Source: Sphaeroforma arctica JP610
Lineage: Eukaryota
NCBI RefSeq assembly: GCF_001186125.1
Contig: NW_014039860.1
Coordinates: 1 to 41,134 of the forward strand
Direction: 5' to 3'
DNA: 41,134 nt
In this document: piece after piece, positions 25,003 to 36,184 of the stretch
Numbering within the stretch: position 1 is the first letter of the stretch
How the letters are laid out: every line of letters begins with the position of its first letter
Made by a program: the position numbers and the translations under genes
Notes under the pieces: model-generated
Databases searched by the model: none
Seen by the model: only the letters and a program-made list of their open reading frames with translations
What the model was told of the DNA's origin: nothing

Positions 25003-27912
25003 CTGTCATTAATATACACATTCACTGTATGTACCTCTACACCACACCCCAAACCTACAGCACAAGTGCACATGTATTGCATACTATACTGATGACCTGC
25101 GGATTGTCTGATTTCATTCAAATATGTACTCTGAAGTCGCTGGGCCCTGGGGGCTGTGGCCTGGACAGCTGGGCTGCAGCGCCTGCAGGTCTGCAGCCTA
25201 GCCCTGCAGCAGGCCAAACACATTTGGTTTAAACCCCCCCTCCCCCCAAAAAAACAAACAAACAAACAAGCAAACAAATATATATTCAAGAAGAAAATAA
25301 AATCAGGTACTAAGGGCGAAAACCCTAAAACCTCACACATGACTCATGACTCCCGAGCATTGTGTCGTGAGAGAGAGAAGAAAGTTGGGTTTGTTTGTTT
25401 TTTTAACTATAAAAGGGAAGAACGGAGTGAACAGACAACGAGTTCGTGCTCTGAGAGTCCTTAGTGATGCGTTATTTTTAGGTTTTTAAAAACAAAAGCA
25501 CATTGATAAAATAAAGCACTTCTGATTGGTGAGCTGTGATCAACGTCGATTTCATTGATATCATATCAAGACGCGGCAAAGTTTTTAGACTAAGATCCAT
25601 CAATCATTTATCTCATAGCCTGTCCAAAGCACCCTGGGGCCAACCCGAAACTCCGAACTGATACGAAAACGCAAAATCAAAATACATAGGACTCAGCCTG
25701 ACTCAGGACTTGGGATTCAAGAGTTTAGGCCTGCAGGCTGCAGCTGTGACTGAGGGCCTGTGAGGCTGGCCGAGGCTGGCTGACCATAATAAAAATGACT
25801 TCTCGAACGTACAGGCTGGCTGCAAACCCAAAGTATAAACGTCATTTCATAGTCATCATTTGCTTCTAGTTTTTCGATGTTTTAAAATAAGTTTCTAGTT
25901 TCTACTCCGGCCCCATTAGTCCATTACTCCCTAGAAAGGGCCAGCAGGTAGTAAGCCCAGTGACTGTCATTAGCCAGCATTTTCATTGGTTTTAAGAAGT
26001 ATCCCCTCAGCCGCCAGGAAATAACCAAATAGGTATGACCTAGACTGCAGGACTAAGGCTGAAGTTGACGCCTGACAGCCCCCTCGGGCCCTCACCCCTG
26101 TCAGGCTATCGCAGTCAAATGTGAAACGAGGGCAGATGTAGCCTCTTATAGGTTGACTTCTTGTGGGTCAGTGTGGGCCCCGTTGGGGGTAGTGGGGCTG
26201 TGGGCCCCTGGCCCTGGGTGTACTCAGTACTGTCGCTGCGAAGGGGATAAAATAGGGCCAAAAATAAAGAAGCGTTCCTGATTTACTAAATCTGGACTTC
26301 AATTTATTCCCAATTTTTTTTTTTTGGCATATTTCAAGATTAAGTATTTCGTAAATGATCTGTGAAGGCGTCAAGGCCGTAGTACAAGTATAACACCTAT
26401 GCTTAGGAGTCTAAGACTACATCGGAAACCTCCGAAACGCGATTATTGGGTCTAAATATGCATAATTAGTGAAGTTTCAAAGTTGTCACGTACAATTATT
26501 GTCAAAACAATATCGTATATGCATTCTTATAACCGTAATGCAAGGTACAGCTGCTAAAATCGAGAAAATGTGTGTTTACGTCATTTGATGTGCCATGCCA
26601 TCGATTGCACAATGCATCTCATTTCCTGAACTTTTTGCCAAAATTCACTACTTATTCACCTACAAACGATTACAAAAACATTATTATGGTTTAATTATGC
26701 TTAAATAGGCTTATATAGATATAATGAAGATCTGAAAATCATATTGAAGACATATAATTGAATATGCACACCAAATGGATGTCATTGATGGACACGCATG
26801 CACGTAAATGGTGATTTTGAGCAAGCATAATAGGCCTTCTATACCACAAAGATGATTTCTGAACTAATATTACTTGTATTTATTATATATTAGAACCCTT
26901 AGAAGGTTCAAACTGCTAATACGCGACCTGGAAATCCAAGAATTGACATGGTCGAAAAGTGCACAATCCTGTTCATAAATCGATACATAACTGTATGAAC
27001 CAGTAGAGCTATCAACTTGGCTCCTTCGCAAAATTCTTTTGAAATGCTTTTAGAAAAAGTCTAGAAAATAAAAATGGGATTATATCCAAAACCGGATATA
27101 GTGAATTAGGGTTGGTTCTTTAAAATCGAGTCCCCTTAGTCTATGGATGGGGTGTTAAAAATATCTCCAATCAGAGCAATCACCAGGGTCAGTATGCCAG
27201 GCTCGCTGCCCAGGCGCCAGGGCCAGGGGCCCAAGGCCTGGGGCCCAGGTCTACTCTAGAATAGGGGGGTAGCGGCCTCGCAGGCTCGCGATCGCCAGTG
27301 TATTTTTATGTATGCATTCCTAATATATTGCCAATATTGGCAACCTCTCTGCTACTCTCTGGTTAGCGGTTGCCAATTGCGATGCTACATGTTTCTAAAA
27401 AGTAAAACTCTATACATACCTCTATACTACTACTTACTCTGTAGTAAATTTTGTTTTAAAAAAAAAAAGAAAAAATAAATTTAGTGAAAGAACTTTAAAG
27501 AGAGAGTCTGAGAGAGCGGCTATTTTGTTAAAATTATAAATCGGACTCTCTCAGTCTCTACTGATTTCTAAAATAAATACATTGTAGACAATTCATCATC
27601 ATCATGACGTCAGTGCATAGCCTTCTAAAAAGTAAAAAGACAATCAGTGCTGCATGGGTCAAATTATTTCACAATCGCCATCGTAGTGATTTTGTGCTTT
27701 ACTATATAATGCACTTACCTGCAATTCATTTAGTACTTGTATATCTTTAACTGTTCAGTACATTCAACAAATTTATACCTTGAAAGGTTACACAGCCACA
27801 GCTGGACACAGGAAGATTTCGCGCTCGCTGTTTAAGAAGTGTCTACAATCTATGTTCTAGTTGTTTTACCGCTAGTGACTCACGTAGTGTACTTTCGAAC
27901 ATTCGAAACGCT

Positions 27913-27997
27913 TGTACGAAACACTGAAGGATAATCACCTGTGTACGAAACACTGAAGGATAATCACCTTTGTACGAAACACTGAAGGATAATCACC
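27913..27997 (+). repeat. 29 bp tandem repeat x3 directly abutting the MMADHC start codon
   Basis: tgtacgaaacactgaaggataatcacc at 27913, 27942 and 27971. Confidence 0.95.
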
Positions 27998-28332
27998 ATG
28001 CATCCACCAATTGGGTTAATCAGCTCCACTATGCAGCCGATTATAGGAGAACAGCAACCAGTCAAGAGGAAGTCGCACATTGTAACAGAAGAAAAGTTTT
28101 ACGCAAATGGCATAGAATATTCTGTACATGATGCACCCCAACGAATGCGAAAGGAGATGCCAAATGTTTTTCCTGGTGTGGATTTCAAAGGCTTACTTAT
28201 CATCCCAACGTTCCAGGTGAGATCAACTTTTCTTCGTATCTATTTTTCTTTATTTTTTACTCCCTTCTACTTCTTCGCTTGTGCTACTTTATATNNNNNN
28301 NNNNNNNNNNNNNNATATATATATTAGTAGTN

Positions 28333-28408
<76 letters not shown>

Positions 28409-28428
28409 TATTATTATATATATATATA

Positions 28429-28482
<54 letters not shown>

Positions 28483-30350
28483 ATAATGTGTGTGTGGGTG
28501 TGGGTGTGGGTGTTTCTACATATATGTTTGGAATCATATATGATATTGTCGGTTCAAATTTACATTCATCGTTTTTAGGTGTCTACCCATAAGTACGTGT
28601 TGATATTTAAGTAAGTATCCAACCTTCAATCCGTGTATGTGTATGCGTGTTCGTAGCCGAGAACGCAAGTAGTTCTTCATGTATACTTTTTTTTAGAAAT
28701 ATTCTGTTGTGACTATATGTACTGATTTTTGTGGCTTTTTACAGTTTGATCATAGATATCTGCTATCTTACAGATAGTAGCGTTTATCCTGTATCAAACA
28801 TGTACAATTTTATTTATTTTGGTACATACCTCTACATAGATATATGGAGCTTCATTTACAATTCAATTTTGTGCTCATATGAAGACTATTGGATCAATTA
28901 AACATCGCGCACAGGATAAGATGTATTTCAATCGATGAAACTATGTTCAATTTACAGCACATGCCTATCATTCCTAATCTACATTGATGTACTTTTTGAT
29001 TGTGTCACATTGAAGTGTTTTGTAGGTATTTAAGTGGATTACATTATTAAATCACACAACTGACGTGAATTATCGCATTTTTCACTATGTATGGAAGTGA
29101 AGGTGAACAGTACCATATTGTATACTGGCGTAATGACATTCATTTTAGAACCATAAGGTGCAGCAGGAGATTGTGAACCGAAGTACGTCGATGCGAAATC
29201 GTTATATTTCTCTACTTACTATCAGATTGCTATTCCATGCAGCGAACGGATTTAGATTTGACATCCATAGGCCCAGCCATTGAAGAGGTGAAAGACGATT
29301 GTTTAGAAAAGGTATGTTCGTATTTCAATTCAAATTATCGATCTCGCAGTTGTCAGTGACGACGGAAACGCCGCTACCAAACAACCATGGTTTGATCGCT
29401 GCAGTATTGCTCCACCTTTTCAATCGCGCTCTTACTGTTATTAAGTGTTCGTCCTTTATGAACTTTGTAGTTTCATCGCTGGGGAAGTGCGGTCTGCAAC
29501 GCGATAGTGGAAAGAGGTTACTGGGCAGATTTGGCAGATCCGGCCACAGGATATCCAGTATGTTCCGTCGACAACATTGTGTGCATATTTTATATTGAAT
29601 AGCATATGTGCATTGATTCTCACCGTCTGCTCTAAGCGTAAAATTCCTTGCTAATAGCTTATGACAGATGTTTAGAATGTCCATGGTACTACGCGTATCC
29701 GCAGATGATGAGAAACCCGCCATGGATTTATCTTCACAACACTGCGCATGTGTGCTTATATCACTTCTAGTACAGCTCAAGCTCAATTTGCTATAATATT
29801 CGCTCATATTTACTCTCAATGTTTCCTTTTTAGATGTTAGGCGAGCCCGGTACCAGCTTCTACCCAGAGGTCATTGGAGCTCAAACATTGCTAGGATACG
29901 ATATGATACTGACTGGCTGTTGTCAGGTACGGATCTCACGAATAGACTTCATGCGACGTGTATTTATTTTATATGTGCAATTTGACTGTGCTCGACATTC
30001 TGCTGCGGAAATATCGTTGTTTTCTGTCGGTGCGTGTCATGATGTATTGAATAGAAATAAGATTGATTATCGCTCTGTAGCAGCTAGAGCACTGGCATCA
30101 ATTGTATCGCTCTGTAGCAGCTAGAGCACTGGCATCAATTGTACACCTTGCCTATTTCATTTTTTTGAAACGTACCGTGGATGAGGCACGACAATGACGC
30201 AATGTGTCGTCGGTTTCTTATATCAATGTTACACTGCAGATGTTATGCCATCCATTGTATGGAACGAAAGTATATCCGGCATCAATGTTCACCACTGCCC
30301 CCAGGGATGTCCTGGCGGAATGTTTTGCTCAATGTACTGATGCCGCATAG
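27998..30350 (+). CDS. MMADHC: Cobalamin trafficking protein CblD (MMADHC family), 5 exons, 192 aa
   Basis: Exons 27998-28216, 29243-29311, 29471-29557, 29834-29926 and 30240-30350, all phase 0 and GT-AG. Motifs IEYSVH..P, VFPG, LLIIPTFQRT, EKF..W...VC, GYWADLADPATGYP, GCCQMLCHPLYGTKVYPASMFTTAP are typical of CblD. Confidence 0.93.
28290..28510. repeat. (TA)n microsatellite with small gap in MMADHC intron 1
   Basis: Directly visible. Confidence 0.95.
30068..30143. repeat. Perfect 37 bp tandem duplication in MMADHC intron 4
   Basis: tatcgctctgtagcagctagagcactggcatcaattg x2. Confidence 0.9.
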
Positions 30351-31571
30351 CTACTGTTATGCGACGTTTGGGAACCTGAGGAATTGAATCGGGTCATGGT
30401 AGAACATGGACCGATAGTGAAATGCTGTGTCACGAGGAAGAAGAAAAAAAAAGTTAGTGACATGCACGCGTGAGCCTTCGCGCTGCCAGCAGCATCAGTA
30501 TCTGCAGCATCGGCAATTTGCCCCTATCATGATCATCGCTCGTGCAGGATACACCATTACTATATTTCTAGAAAATAACCAAATCTATATCCGGTGACGA
30601 TTGACTATTTGGAACTAGTTTTCCTGTAATTGCGTGAGTATAGAGATACGTCGTTATCTGATGCTCTCGAGAACAACGAAGTTTGAGAAACGCATGTATG
30701 CATCTCGAGAACGAAGCACGTATACCTGCGACCATAGCATATTTCTGGAATATACAGATGTAGTACATCGCAGATGACTACAGCCAATATGATTTCTGAA
30801 AATCTACCACTGCGTCACCACTGTGATGGCATATCAGTGAATTAAAATCACAAGAACAATTTCTATTATATAGAGCTTTGTTAGTAGTAAACCTCGTTGG
30901 ATTTGAGAAACTGGCATGCCAAGGTATCAAAATCAAGATTTTTTATTTTATTTTAATACACAGCCTCCAAATGAGACATTCGACAAGACATTATTAATCC
31001 AAACCAGTCTATTTTCTGCATCTGATACCCGAACCCCAATTCTACCCAGAACAATGAATAAATTTAACATCATTCACGTATTGACTTTATTTTTGTGCAT
31101 ATTTAGTATTGTACCCCGCATACCAAAAGTAAAACTAGCGTGCGCCAATGTGATGTCATGTCGCAATTACACAGTAATTGTGAAGAACTGAAGTCATAGA
31201 CGATGTAATTTGGATCAACTATCTCAGGTTCATCGCATACCACACCCATATATATATGATTTGCTTAAAAACCCATTAAATAACATGTGTATACCCATTT
31301 TTCGGCAATATTTACATACAACGTATTTATCTGCCCCGTCTACACCCCATGACTGCTTGGAGAAGTCTCTAGTCGACATGAGCATTTCATAACGTGAGAA
31401 TTGCAGTTCGCTTTTTCGCACCGTTGATAGTACCTTCAACACTGTGACGAACTGTGGGGACTCCCAAAGATATTTACGAGTTGGCTACTCAACGGATCAG
31501 GCCGAATAATTAAATGTGATGCCTTACTCTCACCATCCTAGACTGAGCTCAACATCAATCGCCACAAAGCA

Positions 31572-32288
31572 TCAATCGATATCAGCGTCAGAGCCTCGAT
31601 ATTGTGGGGATTCTACATCAGTGCGCGCTGCTTCCAGATGTAGTGATTGCCTTTGTAAATACTCGGTCACCTTCTCTTGAACTGTCATTGGACCCAGATG
31701 CGATAGTTCCTGGAGCCTACGTAAGTGTATATACCTACAAGAACCGTCATTTAAGACCTTTTTTGACGTGCGTGACATTTTCTCAATCTTCTTACTCGTC
31801 CTCGGGTGTCTATTTGGCACTCTTACAGAATGCCTATGACTATCATACAAATTTGTATGTTTAGGTGTATTCTGAGGGTGGTAATGGCGATGCAGTTTCT
31901 TAAGTAATTGTATCGTCTGCTTTTGTAGTATTTCCCTTTCCAACTTCTCGCTGACAGACTGTATACCATCATCATTAAGGTCTCGGTAAGGATAAGATTG
32001 TTCCTTGCTACCGTAACGTGGCTCCGATATTAATGGAGACGTAGCTGCACACTGCTCCATCTGGAGTGTGCTCACAATACCTTCCATGCTTCTTGGAAGT
32101 ACTGGTGTCGAATGTAAATGCTCATCCGACATATTTGTTGGCTTTTCATGGGAAAGGACACCATACATTACATTACGAGGTGAAAGTGGTTTATTGCCGC
32201 TTGAGAATAACCGATTCTCGCATAATTTGGAATCAGGCACCGTAGATATTTGTGTTGACCGTCGGCTCACTTCTGAATGTGTACACAT
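31572..32288 (-). CDS. Hypothetical protein, 238 aa ORF, low complexity with short helical segments; may continue into disrupted downstream exons (~31454-31320)
   Basis: Long ATG-initiated ORF with protein-like composition (SEKLEREILQKQTIQLLKKL, VQEKVTEYLQRQ). No family recognised. A downstream AG...GT-bounded open segment (PTRKYLWESPQF...DKYV) cannot be joined in frame. Confidence 0.55.
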   Translation of the reverse strand: MCTHSEVSRRSTQISTVPDSKLCENRLFSSGNKPLSPRNVMYGVLSHEKPTNMSDEHLHSTPVLPRSMEGIVSTLQMEQCAATSPLISEPRYGSKEQSYPYRDLNDDGIQSVSEKLEREILQKQTIQLLKKLHRHYHPQNTPKHTNLYDSHRHSVRVPNRHPRTSKKIEKMSRTSKKVLNDGSCRYIHLRRLQELSHLGPMTVQEKVTEYLQRQSLHLEAARTDVESPQYRGSDADID

Positions 32289-33889
32289 CTTTTAAAACAT
32301 TGCGCACAAATTCATATATATTTTCGTATCCGATGCAACGTGCATATACTATGCTGCATTGCACAATCCGCACAACAATGTATTAGCTGTGAGACTGTAT
32401 CAGATTTTTGTTCGGCTCCTTGTTTTATTATCAATTAATATTCTGAAATTGAGAAATTATTTCCGCCAGCCACAGCATGAGACGGCATATAATTCGTCTG
32501 TACAGATGAAGTTGTCGAGAATGTGAGATGTTTAGGCGAATGGGGATGTGTCTAAAAAAGCTCCAGCCTTGGTCAGTTTCCAATTTCCAAGCCTGAAAGG
32601 CTGAAAGACTTGAGAAATTAGAAACCCCAGTGAAACGCTGAACAGGAGTACAGCCAAGACTGATGAAACTTGTGAAAGTGTAAACTTGAAAGTCATATGC
32701 AATTATGCAACCCCCCTGGCACCTTATGCGTGTATTCTTTTTCTTGAGCGTCGGCCGTCGCGCCGTCGTCTGCTACAGTATTTTTATCAAAACCCTTCTG
32801 CTCTTTAAAAAAATAAAAATAAACCAATGTACACTGTACAGTGTTGACTGTTGACAGTTGAGTGATGTGTTGTGTTGTGTGTAAATAGGACTAGAGTGAG
32901 AGGGGCCGCTAGTCCGCTACTCTACTGAGAGAGTAGAGACCTGGACAGGCTCGACTAGAGTAGAGGGCGCAGGACGCAGGGCACAGGGCTGCAGGCCGTA
33001 CGCTTTTTCAGACCTTTTTTTTTGGGGGGGGTTTTTGTACTTGTTTTGATAGATATATTTTGTTAAAAAATTAAATTACAATAACTTTAAAATATGATTT
33101 TTATTTCCCAGACAGCCTTAGTTTTTCTCCGTTTCTAATCCAATCACTCTACTCTTTGCTGGTGTCTGATGGTCATTGGTCAATATACACCACTGTGTCA
33201 GGCTGTCAGTGATGAGTGAGTGGCCACTGGCCCGCAACAGCCAACAAGGGCAGCCAGGCTGTCACGCACAAATTAATAAATGAAGTAAATAAGTGAGTGA
33301 GAGAGAGACGAGACTCGAGAGAGTGAGGCCAACTTGCCAAGACGCTCAAGAACTTTTTAAAAATTAAAAACTTACGACCCAAGCGGTCAACTCTGGTCAA
33401 GCCAGGGCTCCTTAGAAACTTGAACAATATGCTCTCTTTCTAAAAAATAGAATAGCTCACTGCTCAACGCTCAATGCTCAATGCTCAATGCTCATGCGTT
33501 CTGGCCTTCTGCTCTCAGCCTTCTTTAGAAGTATAGAGCTCTAGAGAGTGATAACTCTATATATAGCTAATGCACAAGAATAAATGTTACTCTTTACTCT
33601 CAGGAATAAATGATACTCTCTACTCTGCAACGAGCTTTATAATAATCTAAATGATTGGGTTTGAAATACATACCCATTCCTATTGAATATATATTAAAAA
33701 AATGACAGACTCAATTATAAAAACTTTTTAGATTCCCCCTACGGAGTAAACGGGCCGGACTATGTATGTACCACCTGGCTGTGGTCTATGTACGTCCAGC
33801 ACACGCCTCTCCCTCTATGATGTGCTATTTGTACAAACACGTGAATACACGAGTCCACAAATCACATATCCATGTGTAAACACTTGCAG

Positions 33890-34678
33890 ATATTAGTACA
33901 TATATGTGGATATATATGAATATACATATATGTAGATAGATATATATACATATATACACACACACNNNNNNNNNNNNNNNNNNNNNNNNNNNNNNNNNNN
34001 NNNNNNNNNNNNNNNNNNNNNNNNNNNNNNNNNNNNNNNNNNNNNNNNNNNNNNNNNNNNNNNNNNNNNNNNNNNNNNNNNNNNNNNNNNNNNNNNNNNN
34101 NNNNNNNNNNNNNNNNNNNNNNNNNNNNNNNNNNNNNNNNNNNNNNNNNNNNNNNNNNNNNNNNNNNNNNNNNNNNNNNNNNNNNNNNNNNNNNNNNNNN
34201 NNNNNNNNNNNNNNNNNNNNNNNNNNNNNNNNNNNNNNNNNNNNNNNNNNNNNNNNNNNNNNNNNNNNNNNNNNNNNNNNNNNNNNNNNNNNNNNNNNNN
34301 NNNNNNNNNNNNNNNNNNNNNNNNNNNNNNNNNNNNNNNNNNNNNNNNNNNNNNNNNNNNNNNNNNNNNNNNNNNNNNNNNNNNNNNNNNNNNNNNNNNN
34401 NNNNNNNNNNNNNNNNNNNNNNNNNNNNNNNNNNNNNNNNNNNNNNNNNNNNNNNNNNNNNNNNNNNNNNNNNNNNNNNNNNNNNNNNNNNNNNNNNNNN
34501 NNNNNNNNNNNNNNNNNNNNNNNNNNNNNNNNNNNNNNNNNNNNNNNNNNNNNNNNNNNNNNNNNNNNNNNNNNNNNNNNNNNNNNNNNNNNNNNNNNNN
34601 NNNNNNNNNNNNNNNNNNNNNNNNNNNNNNNNNNNNNNNNNNNNNNNNAATACTATATATATATAATATATATATAGT

Positions 34679-34726
<48 letters not shown>

Positions 34727-34737
34727 TATGTATATAG

Positions 34738-34779
<42 letters not shown>

Positions 34780-34845
34780 GATATAGATATATGTACACTC
34801 ACCCACACCTACACCCACCCACCCGCACACACATATATATATAAT
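33890..34845. repeat. (TA)n microsatellite flanking assembly gap (N 33966-34648)
   Basis: Directly visible. Confidence 0.95.
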
Positions 34846-35832
34846 GTACTATACGTAAATTATTAACTTCTTTATTATGTGAGTTTATATTTGTATATGA
34901 AAATATTTATCTGCATCTATCTGTATACAAGTACACTTAATAAGCAGAGTGACTTCCCATCGTACATGACATGCTACAAATGACAAGTTAACGGTGAATA
35001 AAATACGTATGTCTCCTGTGTTTTTATACGTAGGCATGTGTGGTACTGCACATACTCAACACAGGCTTACCCATGGCTGAATATACGTATCATGATACCC
35101 TACTATATAGAATCTACCATACAACCCAACTGTATATACGTACCATTCAGTCGTACTATATATACCTACCATGCAACCTTACTATATATACCTACCATAA
35201 AACTCTGCTTTAGTATACTCATATATGTATAGTCATATACATACATACGCACCACTTTATGTGCACCTGATTTGAGTGCACGTGTGTACACGCGTAAGAA
35301 ACCTTGGAAAGCACATGCGGCAGGACAGGCTCCTCGCGTGACATTGGAATGACTTCATGTGCTACTGCGCCTAAGCGTCTCGCTCCGTATGCATTATCAA
35401 ATTTTGTTATCGAAAATAAAAGATAATTTGATGTGACATATCTGAAGGCGACCCGACATATCTATAAATAGAACAGTAAGGCCTCACTCTCACAAAATCA
35501 GTGTTGTTTGACGCCTGCGTAGTGAAGCGAGGTCATAGCCCCATTTGTTGATCAAAGTAACCCGCCACTGGCGGCTGTACCTGTGCGCTCGCTGACGTAG
35601 GGAGGGTTGAAGGGTCTATGTCGATTCTACAGTCTCTCTTGGTCGAGCTTCATTGGCTTGTTTCCAGAACAATATGCTCGTTGGTGCTAAATAGCAAGAG
35701 CGCGTATTGCACCGTGTCAGTGTATCCGTAGTAATTATCGCCTATGCCCCACGTGGTCTGATAGTTGAAAACCTAAACCCTGAGCTGTTCGTCATACCAA
35801 GCATCTGAACTCTCACTTATCGTGACGCACCC

Positions 35833-36184
35833 CAAGACACTCTTCCCCACAGCGTTGAACGTATAATACTGGCGTAAAACGCCATGCACCGTTAGACGTA
35901 CGGTGCTGGCCCGGTTTAAGGCCACTATCTGTCCCGCATATTAAAAGGCGACGAATTAGGGCGACCCGTCGTACACTGCTAGGGCTACAGTGTGGTGTAG
36001 ATCTTCAAGGCCACTCTAACCCTCACACAGTACAATGCTTCTAACTCAGAGCATAAACCATCGTACACCGCTAGGACGGTGTGGGCTAGAGGATAAGTTC
36101 GACCCTTTGTCTCACATATTAGAAGGCTTCTAATTGGCGCAATCCGTCGTATACGGACACGGCCACGGTGTTGGCCAGGTTTAG
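35833..36184 (-). repeat. Array of four diverged 87-89 bp units whose first unit is the last 22 codons plus 21 nt of 3'UTR of trmL
   Basis: Units 36184-36098, 36097-36009, 36008-35920 and 35919-35833 translate to LNLANTVAVSVYDGLRQLEAF*, LAHTVLAVYDGLCSELEAL, LHHTVALAVYDGSP*FVAF* and LNRASTVRLTVHGVLRQYYTF. Confidence 0.85.

Noticed and set aside
25319..25330. aaaccctaa telomere/telo-box-like words (also ~35770 and ~37312)
   Set aside because: Isolated one or two copies, expected by chance; no telomeric array.
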